Source of the DNA: Podarcis bocagei
Lineage: Eukaryota
Direction: 5' to 3' (one strand)
Assembly (NCBI GenBank): GCA_964188305.1
Contig: OZ076892.1
DNA length: 64,000 bases
How positions within the stretch are numbered: the first letter of the stretch is position 1; each line of letters begins with the position of its first letter. Positions 1-11,500 of this stretch are shown here, in pieces. Under the pieces are notes generated by a model. It saw only the letters and a program-made list of their open reading frames with translations, made no database searches and was not told the origin of the DNA. The position numbers and the translations under genes are program-made.

Positions 1-2486
1 CCTGAGTTCTGTTAAATTGGTCTACTCTGATTAGGATTAATAATGACTACAAGCCTACCTCTTTCCCCAAATCACATCTCATATTTGCTTAAATCTGCAG
101 CTCTAAGCTGAGCGCGCGTGTCATATTCTGCTCTGATCTGCATTAAAGGCAACTGGTGAAACTTATCAAATGCCACACAATTAAATCCGAGGCCTCCTTT
201 GAGCCCGAGGGCCCGGCAAATGGCCCTCCCGCCTGACCACTGCTCCTCGCTCTAATTGGCCCTGGTGAGAGCTAGAGTTTAAATATGCATTTTAATAATA
301 TGTCATTGCTTTGGTTTTATCCCCATGTTGAAGAGCGCTCCGGGTCTCCCAAGAAGATGGAAATCAAAGATGGAAAGGAGGCTAAAATTTCCACTAAAAG
401 AGGAGCCAGTCAAGGTTAGCCAAGTTGTTAAGACAAAAGCACCCCCAAACCACCCACCCAAACTAACCCTTCCATCGTAACTCCCACATTAAGCCACATT
501 TTCCCCAGCCCATTTAAAAAATAAAAAGAGAAGACGACGTTTTTCCGCAGCAGAATAGGAAATAACCGAGACGGATCTTCCAGATGAGAACGGAGGGTTG
601 GAAAGTACAAGAAGAAGGGGGAGGAGGAAAGGAAGGACCCCTGTTCTCAGAGGGAAGGTCAAAGCGTATCAACGCCCTGGTTGTGATGTAGCACAGCTGC
701 CAGAAAACGAGGAAGGATTCCTTCCAGCAGGTCCCCGGCGAGCATTTAATTGATCCCAGAGACGCCGAGGCCTCAGCTAGGGCGGAATTTGCAATGTGTT
801 GGTTGGGGGGGGTGGAGACCTGGGAGAGTGAGAGAGACCAGAGAGAGAAGCTTATGTGAGGTCATGTGGTGGGAAAGGCTGGACATTTGGGGGGGCGGGG
901 GGCAGAAAATATTGCATCTTGACAAAGGACAGGGCATCTTCAATGTGGCTACCAGTCACACTGGTTATGTTCTTCCTCCCTGGTCAGAGACAGTATGTCA
1001 GTTGCTGGCACCAGCAGGTGAGGAGAGCTCTTTTGTGTTCAGGTTCTGCTCATGGGCTCCCCATATGCACCTTGTTGGTCAATAGGTCAGCCTCTGGCCT
1101 GACCCAGTAAGTCTCTTATTATGTTTATATAAGTAGCAGTGAAGGAGGGCTGGTGCCTGTGGGCTTCTTTGAGCCATTTGGGTGTCCACTATGGAAACTA
1201 AATAAAAAAAATTTTAGCACTATGGAAACTGTACTAGATGGGCCTTTGGCCGGATCCAGCTACAGGCTGCTCTTATGTGGAGAGGGGAAGCCAACTCCTG
1301 AGCAGTTTAGCGCCAACCAACACACTTTTCGCCTTCCTGGCAAATGAACAAATAAAGGCAGCTGCAAACATGTATGCAAGAGAGGTTGTATAGAGCTCAG
1401 TGGCAGAACACGTACTTGGCATGTAGAAGGGACTGGGTTCTTTTCCTACCTAGCTAGACTCAGTCTCGTGGGTCCCTTGCTATCCGTAAAGATGCCACCC
1501 CCCCCCCCATCACTGCCTGGTCACCTCACAGAGCCTCTTGGGTGGAGGCCGAAGGTGCTTTTTGTCTACCATCACCAAAGACCACAGAGAGAGAGAAGTC
1601 AAATGAGCTCCATATGGAGAGGAGGCCCCAAAGTTTTCATTCCCTTGTTACTGACACACGAAGGTTTGGTTGCCCTCCAGGAGCCTGGAAACCACAGCTG
1701 GGAGGAGAAAAGGGAAGGCCCACAAATTTCTTATTAAGAAGCCATACCAAGAGTTCTTCAGGGAGAGTCCTCTGTCCTTCCCCGATTCCCACCCCCCGCC
1801 TGTTTTAAAGCCAGCGGCGATTACCAAAAGGGTCACACCAGGTGCCCAAATAAGCCCCCCGTCTCTCCCCCAGGCCTTCATTACACATCGCAAGCCAGCG
1901 TCTCAACGCCGCCGATTTGTTTCGATAGCAAATCCAGGGGCTGGGGCAGCCCTCGCCTCACTTCCTGGTGCTTAACCAGCTTTGCTATTAAAACCCAGGC
2001 CGCTGATAAAACAAGCTTCTCGGGTTCCATGCCGTCCTCTGCTCCGACGCTCAAGTAATGAGGAAATGAATAAAAGAAGAGGCAAGCTCTCTCCGCAGGC
2101 TTTGCTGCCAAGCGCGTTTCCCTCATCACCTGTCAAAAGCAGCCTAGTTCCTCGCCCGATTGCTAATGCAGTGCATCTCTCATACGGATAGGAATTCACA
2201 CTGTGCAGCCACAAATGAAGCCAGGCAACCCTTATGGCAGGAGGTCTTGGGAGAAATGGGGGAAAGTTAGGTAGAGTCCAAAGGACACATCTTGCTCTGC
2301 AGAACACCCACATGCACACACTTCCACAAAACGACAGGGGAGGAGAGTCATCTTGTGGTGAGGTCCTGTTTGTGGGCTTGCTTACCACCAGGGCATCTGG
2401 TTGGCCACTGTGAGAACAGGATGTTGGGACTAGACGGGCCACTGGCTTGTTCCAGCACTCAGGCTCTTATGTTCTTATAGGAATTA

Positions 2487-2727
2487 CAGTGGTACCTTAG
2501 TTCTTGAACACAATTCGTTCCGGAAGTCCGTTCGACTTCCGAAATGTTTGAAAACTGAGGCGTGGCTTCTGATTGGCTGCAGGAGCTTCCTGCACTCAAG
2601 TGGAAGCCACGTTGGATGTTCGGCTTCCGAAAAACCTTCGAAAACCAGAACACTTACTTCCGGGTTTTTGGAGTTTGGGAGCAGATTTGTCTGTCAACTA
2701 AGCCATTTGAGAACCAAGGTTCCACAG
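2487..2727. mobile_element. Tc1/mariner-type MITE (CAGTGGTACC terminus), diverged
   Basis: TA-CAGTGGTACCT left end and a degenerate GGTTCCACAG right end. Confidence 0.6.
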
Positions 2728-3602
2728 TGTTCTGCTATCCTAAACATGTCTTCTAGGGACTAAGCTCCGCTGAACACACTTCTGTCTAATCCTTAGGGAT
2801 GAGGCAAACTTTTCAGTTTTGGTTTCTCTCTGTTTCTCATTAAGTTCAGCTCTCCACAGTTCCCCATCAATTTGCAATTTTTATTTTTTTAAAGTCCTCC
2901 TGAAAATTAGCACAAATTTCTCCCAATACACACATTTATTACTGCAGTTTTGTCTAAGGTACACATTATTGCAAAGCAATTTCCCTTAACATAATGCATA
3001 TTTTACCCTAACATATGCATTCTGATTTCTGGGGCACTTTACCCGGCTGGAGAACTGCTCTGCAAAATTCTGAAAAGTGTGAACTTCAAAAGGGGGCTGT
3101 GCTTAGATTCTTGTATTGTTTCAGATTGTTAAAAGGAGTTTTGCCTTTTAATGCAAACTGAATCAGATTTCTCCCCTATCTCTATTAGTAGCACAAAGCA
3201 CTGTAGCATTAGTTGCCTTCTGCTATGGACTTGACAGCAATAGCCGATATGTGGACTGCAGTCCATGAAAATTTCTGCCATAATGAATGGCAGTTACTTT
3301 GCTGGTATTCCTTCCAAAGACTCTTCATGTTTTCAAGTGAGATTCAATTGCGTATCTGCAAATTCAGGTTGCGTAATTAAAGTTGAGTTGTGGCTCTTGC
3401 CCATGAAAACCTGGTCCTCCACCACTACCCCCCCCCCATTGTGACTTCTTGCAATAAGGAAAGTGAAGGGGACACACAATGAAGAGTGTGAAATAACATT
3501 TGCTTGTGGCACTACCGTCTAACCTCTCTGCTATCAAATAAAAATGAAGGCTCAATCAAGAGCCAGCATCATCTAACTTTCTCATAAACTTTGTGCAAAC
3601 TA

Positions 3603-4391
3603 CCGTATTTTTCGCCCCATAAGACGCACTTTTTCCCCTCCAAAAATGAAGGGGAAATCGGGGTGCGTCTTATGGGGGGAATGCCTGCAAGCCTCGCGCG
3701 CCCGGCAGGAGGTCCCACCGGGTGCGCGAGGCTTGGGGCGGCAGCCTGTCGCCCAAAGCACGGGGAGCCCTCGGGAGGGCTCCCCCTGCTTCGGGCGAGT
3801 GTCTGCAAGCCTCGCGCACCCGGCAGGAGGTCCCACCGGGTGCGCGAGGCTTGGGGCGGCAGGCTGTCGCCCGAAGCACGGGGAGCCCTCGGGAGGGCTC
3901 CCCCTGCTTCGGGTGAGTGTCTGCAAGCCTCGCGCACCCAGCAGGAGGTCCCACCGGGTGCGCGAGGCTTGGGGCGGCAGCGGACTGCTTGCGCGCACAC
4001 AGAAGCTTGGGGCGCGCTGAGCTCAGCACGCCCCAAGCTCCTGGTGTAGCGCAGCGATCCGCTAGTCCTGGGAGAGCCCCGCGGCTCTCCCAGGGCTAGC
4101 GGACTGCTTGCGCGCATGCAGAAGCTTGGGGCGCGCTGAGCTCAGCACGCCCCAAGCTCCTGGTGTAGCGCAGCGATCCGCTAGTCCTGGGAGAGCCCCG
4201 CGGCTCTCCCAGGGCTAGCGGACTGCTTGCCGGCATGCAGAAGCTTGGGGCGCGCTGAGCTCAGCACGCCCCAAGCTCCTGGTGTAGCGCAGCGCACCTG
4301 GGGGGGAAATAAATTTTTTTTCCTTTATTTCCCCCCCAAAAATCTAGGTGCGTCTTATGGGCCGGTGCGTCCTATGGGGCGAAAAATACGG
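3603..4391. mobile_element. Non-autonomous Tc1/mariner (Tc2/pogo-like) element with internal tandem repeats
   Basis: TIRs CCGTATTTTTCGCCCCATAAGACGCAC / GTGCGTCCTATGGGGCGAAAAATACGG, flanked by TA at 3601-3602 and 4392-4393. Confidence 0.9.
3685..4295. repeat. Two adjacent GC-rich tandem arrays (118-bp unit x ~2.5; 119-bp unit x ~2.7)
   Basis: Unit A starts at 3685, 3803 and 3921; unit B starts at 3979, 4098 and 4217. Each unit contains two inverted repeats. Confidence 0.92.
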
Positions 4392-7300
4392 TAATCAAAA
4401 TGAGTGTTTAACGAACAGGCCTGGATGTGACCAAACCCAGCTGCATGACTGGAAAATATCCTGGACCACTACTAGGCTCAAAGAAATGGCAAACTTTCTG
4501 CCTCTAATTCCCGTGAGACAATCTCCACACCTCCTTCCCTACCTAACCTGTCTCAATGATGGATGTTTTAACTCTCTGCCCCTCACTCCCCCCATAAAAA
4601 AGAATATATTGTGGAAAACATATAACACAGAGATGGGGGGAAATTGGTTTTTCAGGACCTATTTTTTAAAGCAGTCTTTCTGAAAATGCTCCAGATGTTT
4701 CAGAGAAGGGAAGATTCTTAGGTCACATCAAGACCTGGAGATCCCCTTTTCAGCACAACAGGAAGTCATGCTCTGAAGCTGGTCCTTCAAGACACAAAGA
4801 CATGGTAGCAGAGCATTGGGCTAAGAAACCTTTCTTCTCAGCAAGGAACAAGATTCGTTAAAGCAGAAGGCTGCCCCCTGCTTGGAAGTCTTCAGCTGAG
4901 AGAAGACTTTGCCACCAGAAAAGGAGACAGTTGAATCCAATTCACAACGTGCAGGGCAGAATTCAGCTTCTTTGAATTTCTTTAAAGCAAGTTCCTAGCC
5001 CTTCTAGTTACAGAGCTATGTTTTGAAAGGGCGCTAGCAACGGCGGCTGAAATCTCAGAAGTCAGAGGTATTTTCAGGAAACTGAGTGTGGCATTTCACT
5101 ATCTCTCCTGATCCCACGAGAAACCAAAATAAATTATGCAAATTTTGAAAGATTGTGCAAACTTGGCCCACTGAAATAATTTACCCAGGTTACAGAATGT
5201 GGTTTTTCTTGGCACAAAACTTTAATATGAGTCTGAGCAGAGAATTTTAGTGTTGCCAGTCCCATACAAGCAAAGATGCAACAGGCACCCTCACTTTTTG
5301 CTTTCAGGTGTCTCCTGAACATCTTTTTATATGCCGAAGGGCCTTTGCAGCTGTTTATTTTTGTTATTAGCCAGTCACTTTAACAATGATCTGTAATACC
5401 TTTTTCTATTTATTAAAAGGAAAAAATTCCAGGTAACATAAATTATCTATAAGAATAGCCCTGTTGGATCAGGCCAGTGGCCCATCTAGTCTAACATCCC
5501 GTCTGTACTCACAGTGGCCAATCAGATGCCCCAATAGAAAGCCTGCAAGCAGGACCTCTGCTCAACCAGAACTCTCCCTTTCCTTTGGTCTCCAGCAACT
5601 GGTATGCAGAGGCATTTTGCCTCTGACAATGGAGGCAGAACAAAGTACTTATCCTCCCTTCCACATCGGATGTTCAGGCTGTGAGTACCAATCCATATGT
5701 TGTCAGAACAGCACTCTCCATGCCCAAAAGGGAGGTGTCGGCAGGCTTGATGGAGCCCTGAAGTTTGCATAAATGCAAGACTTCTTTTCAAACAACAAAT
5801 AAACCTTGAAGGCAAACCCCGAAACAGCCCAATGAGAACTGAACATGCTCAGTATTAATGGAATGCTTGCTGACTGCCTGGTGGTGGTGGTAGGAATGGA
5901 GTGGAGCAGCAGGAATCCTGAACAGAAGCAGTCCATACGCTGCAACATTTTGTTGCAGGTTCCACATACCATCGATTCCTCCTCCTCCTCCATGCAAGGA
6001 TTGGTTTTTCAAAATAATCTTGAATTCGGTTAACGCCGCCCAATCACTTTTCTGTGTTTAGAAGCAAGCTTTGCTGTGCTTCAATAGGGCTTATTCCTCA
6101 GGAAGGATTGTAGCTTTAGCCTTCTGAACTGAGCAGAGAGTTTAGAGCAAAGAGGTAAATATTGGCCCTGTCAGCTCATAAAACTGAAGCCACCCGGATT
6201 CTTCTGTGCTTTGCCTTAGCCCAGGACCTGGAACAGCACCGAGCTTTTCTGCCGCCCCAGGATACCAGTAAATTCCACCATGGGGAAATTCCACATGTCG
6301 GTTACTTTGGCAGAACATCTGTTGGGAGGGTTCCCGTGTTCCTAGGGGGTAGAAACCTGCCTGGGCGACCAAACTCAAAGAAACGTCAGTCTCTTTCAGC
6401 AGAAGCAGCTGATTTTGGCATCCTTTTTCCTCCAGCGAGTTGGAATCTGGACACTTGGAAACTGGAGGAGTCCAAAACCATCATGAAAACCGGAGGGGCC
6501 AAGTGTATTCTCTCTTTTTTGGTCTGGAACAGATTGAGTTTCATGAGTTCTGGCTCCTGACTCATCAGCTGCCTACAACCCCCCACCCCACCCAAACAAT
6601 CCCTGAAATCAGACCCGAGATTCTCTCCCCCTCCCCCAAGAGACAGTAGATTGACCAGCTCAGGTCCATAAATTTAAATGGGTCAAATTTTAGTCGGACT
6701 TTAGTTGGATATAGGCCATTGGGAAAGAAAGTGCATGCACTTTCAAAGGATCAGAGCAAAGTCAGGTCCAGCAGAACTGATTTGAGCCTCAGAAAGCACA
6801 CAGAGCTGACAGACGAAGTGGGGAAGAACGTAACTCTTCAACTTGCTCTTTTAACTCAGTGAACTTTTCAACCACCCTCTCAACCAACGGAGCAGTGTGG
6901 GTTGGGACGGTGGCCCAGAGGCTTTGTGGGTAACCAGCAGGAAGACCTAAAAGGGCACCACTGCCATGCCCACAAGCACCAAACTGGTGACCCCTGCCTT
7001 GGGACCCTCACAATCTCCACTCATAAATGTTTTCATCTATTATCAGTGCCCTGCTTTCCAACTCAACTCTTCCCAACCCGGAACGTATTAAGAGTTTGCT
7101 AGAATTTATGAATTACTCCTGGCTTCCTGGCCTTCTGCTTGTCGCCAAGGAGCTGTGAGAAACATTTGCAGGCACGGAATGGGTGGAAAGCAGAACTGGC
7201 CAAGTTTTCTGACCTTGGCGGTATTCAAACTCCTCACGTCCTCGCTTCCCTTCTCCAGGTCCTATATTGCCTTACTCCCCGGGGTGGGGTGGGTGTTGTA

Positions 7301-7763
7301 ATTTGGAAACTAGAAAGTTTCCTTAATAGCTTTGTCAAGGGAGCCCCTGAACAATTTTATTCCATCAAATCAGGCTTCGGTCTAAATTACTCTTTGGATC
7401 TAGATGCCACTTCGGCTAAAAATTCCTTATTGCTTAGGAAGGCAGGATTGGGGGTGGGGGGAGGCGGCTGAAAGAAAAGCCTGGGCTTCGGAGATAATCT
7501 GCTTGCATTTACTCAAGGTGCCAATAAACGAGCACTGAAGGCAGATGGTAAATTCTTTGCACCTTTCGACTCTTTTGATCCACATCTGTTTGAGACAGGA
7601 TAGATAATTTCTAGAGGTCAAGAGAGCAGTAGCTTCTAGACAAGAGAACCGAGAAGCCTCCTTTCTGAACTTGCTCCTGCTATTATTTTGGTGGTGGGAT
7701 AAAAGACAGCATCCCGACCACCTGGAAATGTGGAAGGAGGGAGAGTGGAAAGGATCAAAAGGG

Positions 7764-7765
<2 letters not shown>

Positions 7766-7795
<30 letters not shown>
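7766..7795. repeat. (GT)n microsatellite
   Basis: Direct reading; similar tracts near 30052, 32710, 33489 and 40152. Confidence 0.9.
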
Positions 7796-7797
<2 letters not shown>

Positions 7798-8224
7798 TCC
7801 CAGTTTCACATCTGACCTGGACTAAGTCACAGCGCATTTCTATGCCAGAATTCTCCCCAACTGTGCACCCATATTGAGCATCCATCCTGATTTGTTTGCA
7901 AAGAGATTAGATCATGTTGGCTATTTAATGAGTTTTCATTCTGATTTGTTTGCAAGGAGTAAAAGCAGGTGTTGTCCCACACATTCTGCTGCATTTTCCC
8001 ATCATCATTCATACTGCAAGAAGTCTGATCTTTTGGAGAAGCAGGTTTGTTGTGCAAGGCCTCCCAATCAATTATAATTGTCTAATGTAAATTTGCCCTT
8101 ATTGACTAAATCCCGCCTGGAAAGCACCCGTAAAGTACTTTCAGATCCCCAAGCTGGCACTTATCAACAACTGCCTTATACAAAGTCAGTCTGCTGGGTC
8201 CATATGATTCAGAACTACCTACAC

Positions 8225-8508
8225 CAGGCATAGGCAACCTAAGGCCCATGGAGGTCGCATAACCAGCCCATGGACCCGCGCCACGCTAAACTGGCGCGGA
8301 GCAGGGACCGCCTTCCATGACGCTGGGCAGCCTCCCATTGGCAGCAGGAAGCTCCTGCAGCCAATGGGAAGCCATGAATGCCTCCCATGCGCTGGAAATC
8401 ACGTCTGTGCATATGCAGACACCAAAATCACACACTCGCACTCCGGCCTATGAAGCAATCTCCGCAGGAGTTAAGCGGCCCACAGCAGGTAAACCTTGCC
8501 GACCCCTG
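8225..8508. mobile_element. hAT-type MITE
   Basis: CAGGCATAGGCAA...TTGCCGACCCCTG ends; 8-bp TSD ACCTACAC/ATCTACAC. Confidence 0.8.
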
Positions 8509-11500
8509 ATCTACACAGACTGGTAGCAGCTCTCCTGGGTCTCTCCAAGCCCTATGTTGATACACCTGGGATATTTTGAATGCAAGCAAGAGCTCTGTCA
8601 CTGAGCTACAGCCCTACATAGGTTGTGATGGTCTGGAAATGGAAACTCATATTGTGTACAATGGAGATCTTATTCAAGTAAATTTGTATGGGCATTATGT
8701 ACCTTCCACATTTCACTCAGTTTCATCCTAGAAATGTGTTCTCTTTAATATTTGGACCAGATCAGCAGAAAAACAATGGAAAACAAGGCAGCTAATGTGG
8801 TGTAGCATTAAGGGGGTCAGACTAGGACCAGGGAAGCCAAGGTTCTAACATCAACTCAGCTACGACGCTCCACAGGAGATGTTGGGCCAATCATTCCTTG
8901 TCAACCTAACCTGCCTCAAAGGGTTGCTGGACTGGCTGCCAATTTGTTTCCAGGCCAAGTTCAAGGCTGAACCTGGGACCTCCTACATGAAAGGCAGGTG
9001 CTTACCACTGAGCTAAGGTGCTTTCCCTCAGAGTGGTCCTTTAGAAAAAGTATCCCCCATCTTCTCCTAAACTCTTGCAAGTATCTGGGAGTCCACCACA
9101 TGATTACCACCCATAGAAGTCCTCCACGTTGCTGGAAACTTTTCTTTTTTAAGGAAGGGTATAAAATTGCAAACGCCTCTTAGAGAATTTGTATGAAGAT
9201 CTCCATTGCCCTCTGCCCTTCCATATAAGCTTTCTCTTCCCCCTCCCCAAGAACAGGTAAATTCCACACCAAGCCCATAATAAATATGTGTGTGTGCGTG
9301 CACAAATTTAGGTTTCCATTCACAACCTGCTTGATGATTTGTCTACTACATGGGGGTGGGGGTGTAGAAGAGATTTTCCAGCAAATTGCATTACTTTGTT
9401 TGGTCAATTGGCCTACAAATTGATTTTCCTGTACAAATAATGAACATTTATGGTTATTTTCCCTATAGGCTTGCTTTATTTGCCATGCAACAAAGAGTGA
9501 TTTTCCTGGATTTTTTGGAGACCTGAGCTTATCGCTGTTAGTAATTGTGCATGCCTGTGAATTTGGGGGAGGGGGGGAGAGAAGAGGAGGTGGTTGCAGA
9601 CAAAAGGGAATTTCTTCTTGTGTTGCTGTAGGAGATGCTCCAAAGGGAGGGGAAGCAAGAACTATGCAGGAGTGTGTGCTATTCTCCACACTAACCACGC
9701 ATTTACCGTAATGCCTACTTTGGCCCTGGGGGAGCAGAATGGCACCATGAGGAGGGAGGGGAGGATGCATCGCTGAGCTTGCAATGGTTACTTGCTCAGT
9801 GGCAGAGCATCAGTAGAAGGTCGCAAGTTCAATCCTCAGCATCTCCAGTTGGGGCTAGGGAAGACTTTGGTCTAAAACCCTGGAGAGCCACTGCCAGTCA
9901 ATGCAGGTTGACAGACCAACGGTCTGGCTCAGTAGAAGGCAGATTCCTACATTCCTTTTTCTCAAGGGACGGGGCCAAAGTTCAGTGATAGAGCACTTGC
10001 TTTGGATGCAGAAGCAGCTTATTAATTTCATTAATAAGCAGAGTCATTAATTTCACTCCCCCTTGTTATCCCCTGCCGAATTACCTGGATATTGTTCCAC
10101 GGGCATTTAGGATATATTACAGAACGTTAGGTGACATAGCCCCACCCCTGGATGAAGGTGAACGGAAAAAGAACTAAGCCAGGCCTCCCAAGGACTTCCT
10201 AACCAAAACACAAAAGGGGGGGGGATTGCTGGCTCTCATTAAGAGTTCTGCTTCTCAGCCTGGAGCTCACTTTCTAAAGCTTTTGTGGGGGGGCCCTGAG
10301 GGAACTTGTCAAGCCGCTGGCGAGTGGGGATGGGGGACAAACCAGCAGCTCCAACAAACAGCAAGAGTGGCTAGGCTGTGGCAACATTTGACAGCTTAAC
10401 AGGTGCACCGAACAGCTGCTATATTTAGGAATCATTAGCAAAGTACATGTCTTCACACATTTGAAGACTAGGAGAGAGTCAAGATACTGAAAATTGGGGG
10501 GGGGGACACAAGGATGAGAGCAAGTGGGTTTTGCAGGACCCAATCGCTCCCCCGCCAACTCCACAGGAGCCCACATGGCAGACAGGTGGAATTGAGGGAT
10601 AAGAAACTGAGGACCAGAAGAAAGATGGCAGGAAGACCCAGAAGACATCCCACCTTCTCTCCAAGGTCTCAACTCTGGAAATTTTTGAAAAGCAGGACAA
10701 TTAAGATTGACAGCAAGGGGAGGTGTTCCCTATATACACACAGAATTTGACTGGATGGCATCTTGTACACCTCCTTCCAGCAACTCCTGCAGCCAGATGT
10801 GGCTCTTACCTCTGTACAGCAGGCTACATTCAAGCAATGCAAAATCCAAGTGCCTACACCCTCCCTCTCATCCAGGCAAGCAAGAGTCATTATCACAGTT
10901 CAATGAACTTTTCCAGCCAGAGAGAGAAGAGGGTCAGTGAGGGGCATGGCATGAGAATGGAGGTGGGGCTAGGAAAGGGCATGGCCTATAAGAGTCCTGA
11001 GAGCCTGATGGAAATGTATGGAGGGCTGCATTTTGGCCCCCAGGCCTGAGATTCCCCCACCTGTGCTTTACATGACTCTTGAAGTGGCCATAGAATTGTA
11101 TGTAGACAGGGGTCTCTAGAAAAGGAAGCGCCAAGATGGGGTTGGCCTGTTGGCTTAGCCTTACGGTACAGAAGATTTCAACCACGGCTGCATGTTAATT
11201 CTGCACAAGGGACCAGGGAGTAATGATTTCTGCAAGAATTTCTGCAACACATGTGAGGGTCCTGCGAATTAAGGACTTTTGCACCACTATATTTGACTTG
11301 AATGAATTTATTCTGTGTGGTTTTACTATTTCACAAGATCTCTTCGGTTAATTGTGGGGAGGGGAAAGGGTGGATACAGGGCAACTCCTGACCACTGCAG
11401 GAAGGGGGATTGGAAGGACACAGAAAGAGCCCTTTTGGATCAGGTCAAGGGTCAATGTAGTCCAGCATCCTGTTCTCACAGTTCCCAATCAGATGCTTAA

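Noticed and set aside
3569-4117. Overlapping 119-182 aa ORFs
   Set aside because: By-products of the GC-rich tandem repeat.
3685-4295. CRISPR-like array of palindromic repeats
   Set aside because: Units are head-to-tail with no unique spacers, there are no cas genes, the context is eukaryotic, and the array is enclosed by transposon TIRs.
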